From assembly GCA_965234725.1 (NCBI GenBank), contig CBDDUX010000003.1, positions 1 through 64,000 of the forward strand: 64,000 nucleotides of DNA, read 5' to 3'. Position numbers and translations under genes: made by a program. The notes beneath the pieces were generated by a model. The model had not been told where the DNA came from and searched no databases. It saw only the letters and a list, made by a program, of their open reading frames with translations. Position 1 is the first letter of the stretch. Each line of letters starts with the position of its first letter. The stretch comes from Thermoplasmatota archaeon. Its GTDB lineage: Archaea > Thermoplasmatota > Penumbrarchaeia > Penumbrarchaeales > Penumbrarchaeaceae. Below, piece by piece: positions 59,549 through 64,000 of the stretch.

Positions 59549-61690
59549 CTATAACTCATCATCCATTTCGATGTCGACCTCTGTGAACCGGTCTTTATCC
59601 CAGGACCTCCATATCATAGCAGACAAAACCATTATGATAACCACAATGAAGGCTGCAATTAGCAGATTAATTGGATCTGAGATCCAGGCACTAACCATTG
59701 ATCCTGCTCCTTCATCCTTTTTAAGTTTCAAGGTTCCTACCCAATTCGTATCCCCGGGGACAGCATTGATCGAGAATGAACCCTTGGAGTAACCATCCTT
59801 AGTGAAGTAAAGGGTGACATTCCCCAATTTTTCCTGAATGATAAATGAACCATCCGATCCCGTGGATGCGTATCGTCCTGTATCAAGTGTGACCGTCACA
59901 TCTTCAAGAGCCCTTCCATATGAGTCAACGACCCTCCCTGATATTGAGACCATGTTTGTGAGATGGAACTCCAGGATGGTACTTTCCAGGAAGTTCCCGA
60001 AAAGGTCCTCCCCCTGAAGATAAATCCTATATGACCTTCCGTATTGGATCTCACCCAGAAGGTCGATCGTGGCGGTATTCCCTCTTTCTGTGATATGGCC
60101 TTCGATCTGTTCACTACTTATCTGGAGACTTCCTCTTCTCATCTCCTTGGAGAAAAGGACCTCGATCTCTCCAGGTCTTTTTGTAAGTGTTCCATTGGGA
60201 TTGTAGGACACCACTTTTGGAGGGATCGAATCCCAAAGTGTATCTATAAACAGATCAACGTAATTCCCTGCCAGATCGATGACCTTCAAACCGACCGAAT
60301 GTCTGCCATCATCGAGGTCTCTGATGGTTAACCCATCCATTTTGATAGTTCTCTTCCATTCATCTCCATCAAGGGACCATTGCACCTCTTTTACTCCGGA
60401 TGTTCTATCAAAGGTCTCCCACTCAAGTACCAGGACATTTTTCCGCGATCTCAATGGTGAGCTCTCGGTGATCAGATCAAGTGTGGGAGGAGTTGTATCT
60501 ATCGTTACTTCGATGGAATGGATCGAGGTCCAACCTCCGAGGTCGGTCGCTTCCGCTTCAATATCATGGGTGCCATCGGGAAGGTTAAAAAAGACATGAT
60601 CTGTTTTTGAACCTTTTTCTATCCAGGCTGTCTCATCATACCTTATCCTGTAAACCGGATCGGTCGCGGTATCCGATCCCTCCCAATTCACGGTTAGGGA
60701 ATTCTTTCCATGGAAGGATCCTTCAGGTGGAGAGATGATGTGTATTTCAGGTTGTTCGAGATCGACAGTTATCCAGATGGTATCCATGGAATCATGTCCA
60801 CCCATGTCTGTAGCACTTATGGAAATCTCGTGATCACCCTCGGAGAGACCATTGATAACAAAGGTTCCTCCATTTTTTATGATAACGGGATTCCCTTGAT
60901 CGATGGTGAGTGAGGTTGATGTTATCTCAGTGAACGACTCCTCAATAGTCCATGAGACCAACACAGAAGATGATGAATGGATGGAAGCATTCATGGGTTC
61001 GGTTATCCTGACATCAGGTGGAGTAAGGTCGACCTTGAAAGAAACCGAATCCTCTCCCATGTTCCCCGCAATATCAGAAGCAATGATCCTGATGGAATGG
61101 TCACCTTCGGAAAGGTTATCGAGGATAATGTTGGTCATTTCAACGATCTCCTTTGGAGATGACTCATCCAAGATGAGTTCCGCCCACTTCAAACCACTCC
61201 CTTCGTCTTCGATATCCCATGTGACAGTGACCTTGCCCACTCCAAAAACATTTCCTTCGGATGGTTTTAACAGCTCAACATAAGGTAGGACGTTATCCGC
61301 GGCAGAGGAGACGATCGGTCCATTATCACTCTGGCCAATGTCAGTATCCGTTCTGAGGAAATATGAGTAGGTATTCCCAATTATGATATCCGTATCCTCA
61401 AAGGAAAAGATATCGATATCAAATGAGATCAGAAAATTAAAATCTATACCGTCATCTGACCTGTATAGGGAGAAACCTGTGGCGGTCAGAAATCCGGAAT
61501 TTGGTTCCTCCCAGGTCAGATATATCCTGTCCTTTCCTGGTATGGCAGCGGTTCCAGAGGGTGGAGAGATCACCTGCGGAATAGGGGGGTCTGCATGAGC
61601 TGGATCCGATAGAACAGTAATGGATATCGAGGTCAAAATAAAGAGGACCAGGAAGATGATAACAGGAATCGAAATTGTAGTACGTCCCAT
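59549..61690 (-). CDS. Surface protein: FN3 + tandem Ig-like repeats + C-terminal TM
   Basis: Signal peptide, LTWEEP..FSLYRS, repeated DxTPP..I..P / L.EGDH...A.D.AG, ISGRVVD, TM then acidic tail. Confidence 0.82.
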   Translation of the reverse strand: MGRTTISIPVIIFLVLFILTSISITVLSDPAHADPPIPQVISPPSGTAAIPGKDRIYLTWEEPNSGFLTATGFSLYRSDDGIDFNFLISFDIDIFSFEDTDIIIGNTYSYFLRTDTDIGQSDNGPIVSSAADNVLPYVELLKPSEGNVFGVGKVTVTWDIEDEGSGLKWAELILDESSPKEIVEMTNIILDNLSEGDHSIRIIASDIAGNMGEDSVSFKVDLTPPDVRITEPMNASIHSSSSVLVSWTIEESFTEITSTSLTIDQGNPVIIKNGGTFVINGLSEGDHEISISATDMGGHDSMDTIWITVDLEQPEIHIISPPEGSFHGKNSLTVNWEGSDTATDPVYRIRYDETAWIEKGSKTDHVFFNLPDGTHDIEAEATDLGGWTSIHSIEVTIDTTPPTLDLITESSPLRSRKNVLVLEWETFDRTSGVKEVQWSLDGDEWKRTIKMDGLTIRDLDDGRHSVGLKVIDLAGNYVDLFIDTLWDSIPPKVVSYNPNGTLTKRPGEIEVLFSKEMRRGSLQISSEQIEGHITERGNTATIDLLGEIQYGRSYRIYLQGEDLFGNFLESTILEFHLTNMVSISGRVVDSYGRALEDVTVTLDTGRYASTGSDGSFIIQEKLGNVTLYFTKDGYSKGSFSINAVPGDTNWVGTLKLKKDEGAGSMVSAWISDPINLLIAAFIVVIIMVLSAMIWRSWDKDRFTEVDIEMDDEL

Positions 61691-61760
61691 CTATATGAGA
61701 ACATTCGTGTTATAGCTTAATAATTTTTTATATCATGTGTCACTTGATGCGTCCGGTGGG

Positions 61761-62378
61761 ATGACCATGTTGGATGGAATAGAGTTCATTTCTGTTGACC
61801 TCCAGAACGATTTTGCATCCGAAGGAGGTATATGCTTTGAGGAAAGACCTTCCGTTTCCTTCATCCACGAGACATTGGTCCCATTTTTACGTAACCATGA
61901 GGTGATGGTTTCCGAGATAATGTCGGATTACAGACAACCCAGAAGGGGTGATCCACGTTACTGCTGCATCCCTGGTGAATGGGGATTCAGATCGATCCTT
62001 CCTCGCGATATAGTGAAGGATGAGGTTTGGGTCAAGTCAATGAACGATCCAACTTGGATAAGGAAGAACGGTGGTGTTCAGGAAGAGGAACCTGGAGAAC
62101 CTTATCAGGACCCGGCTGCATTCGATGACTGGTTGGAAAGGAATGTAGGAACTTATGAAGAGGTGGACCTTCTTGTCCTATTCGGATTGACAGCGGACAG
62201 ATGTATCCTTTGTACTGCTCAACAGCTTGCATTCAGAGGATATGATGTTAGGGTCCTGTCCGAAGCAACAGATGTGAGGAGTGGTGATGTCAAGGAGAAG
62301 GAGAAACTCTTAAAATCAACACTCTTCAATTACTGGTCTGATCCCATAACCTTTGCAGAGATATCTCAATTGATCTGA
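61761..62378 (+). CDS. Isochorismatase-like cysteine hydrolase
   Basis: VDLQNDF, VKS, GLTADRCI catalytic D-K-C. Confidence 0.85.
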   Translation: MTMLDGIEFISVDLQNDFASEGGICFEERPSVSFIHETLVPFLRNHEVMVSEIMSDYRQPRRGDPRYCCIPGEWGFRSILPRDIVKDEVWVKSMNDPTWIRKNGGVQEEEPGEPYQDPAAFDDWLERNVGTYEEVDLLVLFGLTADRCILCTAQQLAFRGYDVRVLSEATDVRSGDVKEKEKLLKSTLFNYWSDPITFAEISQLI

Positions 62379-62416
62379 AATGATCATCATTAGGGATCTA
62401 CTACTGATCGGATCGC

Positions 62417-64000
62417 CTATTTTATTTTATTAGTGATGGATGTTCCATTGTTATCCGAGATCATCCTGGCCATAGGCGGAGGAGGTAGATGGGAGCTTTT
62501 CCTTCTTTTATGTATGACAAGAACCAGAACTGATAGGACTAAGAGAAGTACGATGGCGGAGCCGATCAGAACCATGATTAGGAGATCTTGGTTATTGCTT
62601 ACAGGGTCAACAGGATGGCTTTGTGGGTCGCCTGGTGATGTGTTCTCGATGAACTCTCTGAGATTATCATAGCCGTCTCCATCCTTATCCTCAAGGGAAT
62701 CATTTGAATATGGATCAAGTCCGTTCTCATATTCCCAGAGATCGTCCATCCCATCCTTGTCGAGGTCCTCGCCCTGGAGGGGGATCCTCTCTCCCGGTTC
62801 TTTATCCAGGATCTCCTCTACGAACTCAATGATGGTCAGGCTGTATCTACCAGAAGTAATGGAATTTCCAACTGCGTCCGAGACTGAGAATGTTACATAG
62901 AGTGTGCCGAATGATTCCAGGGGGATATCGATGGAATGTAAATAGATCCCATCATTTGGAACAAGGTCCTTTACTGTTGGATCTTCACCGCCAAACCACC
63001 ATTTGACAGAAGTAGCTGAGATCATGATATTATCAAAGCATGTCATGGAAACATTGATAGATGTCCCAGCATCAGCCGAGGAAGGGATAGAGATATTGTG
63101 GATCTCCGGTGGGGTTACATCCTTCACACTTATCGTTCCTGGAACAGATCCATTTGAGTTGCCGGAAAGATCGAAGGCTACGAATCTGTATGATATGTCA
63201 TCGATATTGGAAACAGAAGTTGGTATGACAGTCTGCCATGTTCCTTCCATGAATTGAAGTTGTATTTTCTGACTTGGCCCGGTTCCTTGTTGGTGGAAAA
63301 GGGTCACATTTACAACTCCAATGTTGTCGGTCACGGTAACCTGGAATCGCAGGTCCTCTCCTCCTCCGATAATATTCGGTGTTCCATCCGTAAGGATCCT
63401 TGGGGATTCGCCGTCAATGATGGGAACTGAAGTTACTTCTGTGGAATTCCAGTTCCCGGAATCATCACAAGCATGGAAGATATAATGCCTGTCCTTCAGT
63501 TCATCTTCAGGCGCCTCAAGGTCCAAGATCCAATCACCATCTGAAATTTCCATTGTATCGTTGTTGTGGATATGCCATCCATCCGCCCACCATTCAGCAG
63601 TTACTAGAGAAACGGCGATATTGTCCTCCACAACGGTCCTTAACTGCAGGATCGATGATGTGTTGGTTGAACTATCCGATAGGTCCTGGATGAATACAGG
63701 TCGTTCATCATCATTGACAGAGAAGGAGAATATGGGTGAAGATGCCTGATTTCCCTCCAGGTCCTTGAAACTGAAAGAATAGGTCCGTTCGCCGATCTTA
63801 TCGATCGGCATGATCCGATCATAGGTCCAGTAAGATCCATCCGCCATCATGTTAGCCTTCTCTATCTGGCCCTCACCTATCTGGAACTCAACTTCCACCT
63901 CCTCCAATCCGATATTATCCGAGATCATTACCTTGAAGGTCACTGGATCCCCCGTGGTGGTCTCTCTCTTTGTTTCATCTAAAACAAATGATGGGTCATC
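62417..64000 (-). CDS. Surface protein (5'-partial): Ig-like repeats, DxDxDG Ca-binding motifs, TM anchor
   Basis: Frame stays open to the window edge (DDPSFVLDETKRETTTGDPVTF...); DLDKDGMDD/DKDGDGYDN; TM then HKRRK. Confidence 0.82.
   Translation of the reverse strand, partial: DDPSFVLDETKRETTTGDPVTFKVMISDNIGLEEVEVEFQIGEGQIEKANMMADGSYWTYDRIMPIDKIGERTYSFSFKDLEGNQASSPIFSFSVNDDERPVFIQDLSDSSTNTSSILQLRTVVEDNIAVSLVTAEWWADGWHIHNNDTMEISDGDWILDLEAPEDELKDRHYIFHACDDSGNWNSTEVTSVPIIDGESPRILTDGTPNIIGGGEDLRFQVTVTDNIGVVNVTLFHQQGTGPSQKIQLQFMEGTWQTVIPTSVSNIDDISYRFVAFDLSGNSNGSVPGTISVKDVTPPEIHNISIPSSADAGTSINVSMTCFDNIMISATSVKWWFGGEDPTVKDLVPNDGIYLHSIDIPLESFGTLYVTFSVSDAVGNSITSGRYSLTIIEFVEEILDKEPGERIPLQGEDLDKDGMDDLWEYENGLDPYSNDSLEDKDGDGYDNLREFIENTSPGDPQSHPVDPVSNNQDLLIMVLIGSAIVLLLVLSVLVLVIHKRRKSSHLPPPPMARMISDNNGTSITNKIK

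Noticed and set aside
1349-63840. Numerous short antisense or alternate-frame ORFs in the track
   Set aside because: They are shadow ORFs overlapping well-supported genes and carry no recognisable motifs.

Overview
Probably an archaeal chromosome segment, most likely Thermoplasmatota. This is inferred from GGTGA-type RBS, TATA-like boxes, DUF1616, HMG-CoA reductase and C-terminally anchored Ig-repeat surface proteins. About 1-25 kb is a very AT-rich surface-glycan locus: nucleotide-sugar dehydrogenase, three GT4s, a flippase and two sulfotransferases. It also carries an ACP / adenylation enzyme / NadE-like / AsnB-like / PrmC-like module and two identical 141-bp MITEs with 8-bp target-site duplications. 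The higher-GC remainder holds HMG-CoA reductase, large surface proteins, a sulfate uptake and PAPS-supply cluster (sat, cysC, DHH phosphatase, SLC13, sulfate ABC, a third sulfotransferase) and a 4-gene ABC exporter. It also holds an McrB-McrC-McrB operon whose McrC appears nuclease-dead, a wHTH-multiPAS gene with a decayed 3' tail, and several candidate structured RNAs. No rRNA, tRNA or CRISPR array was recognised. All family calls come from reading motifs by eye; no database search was run.
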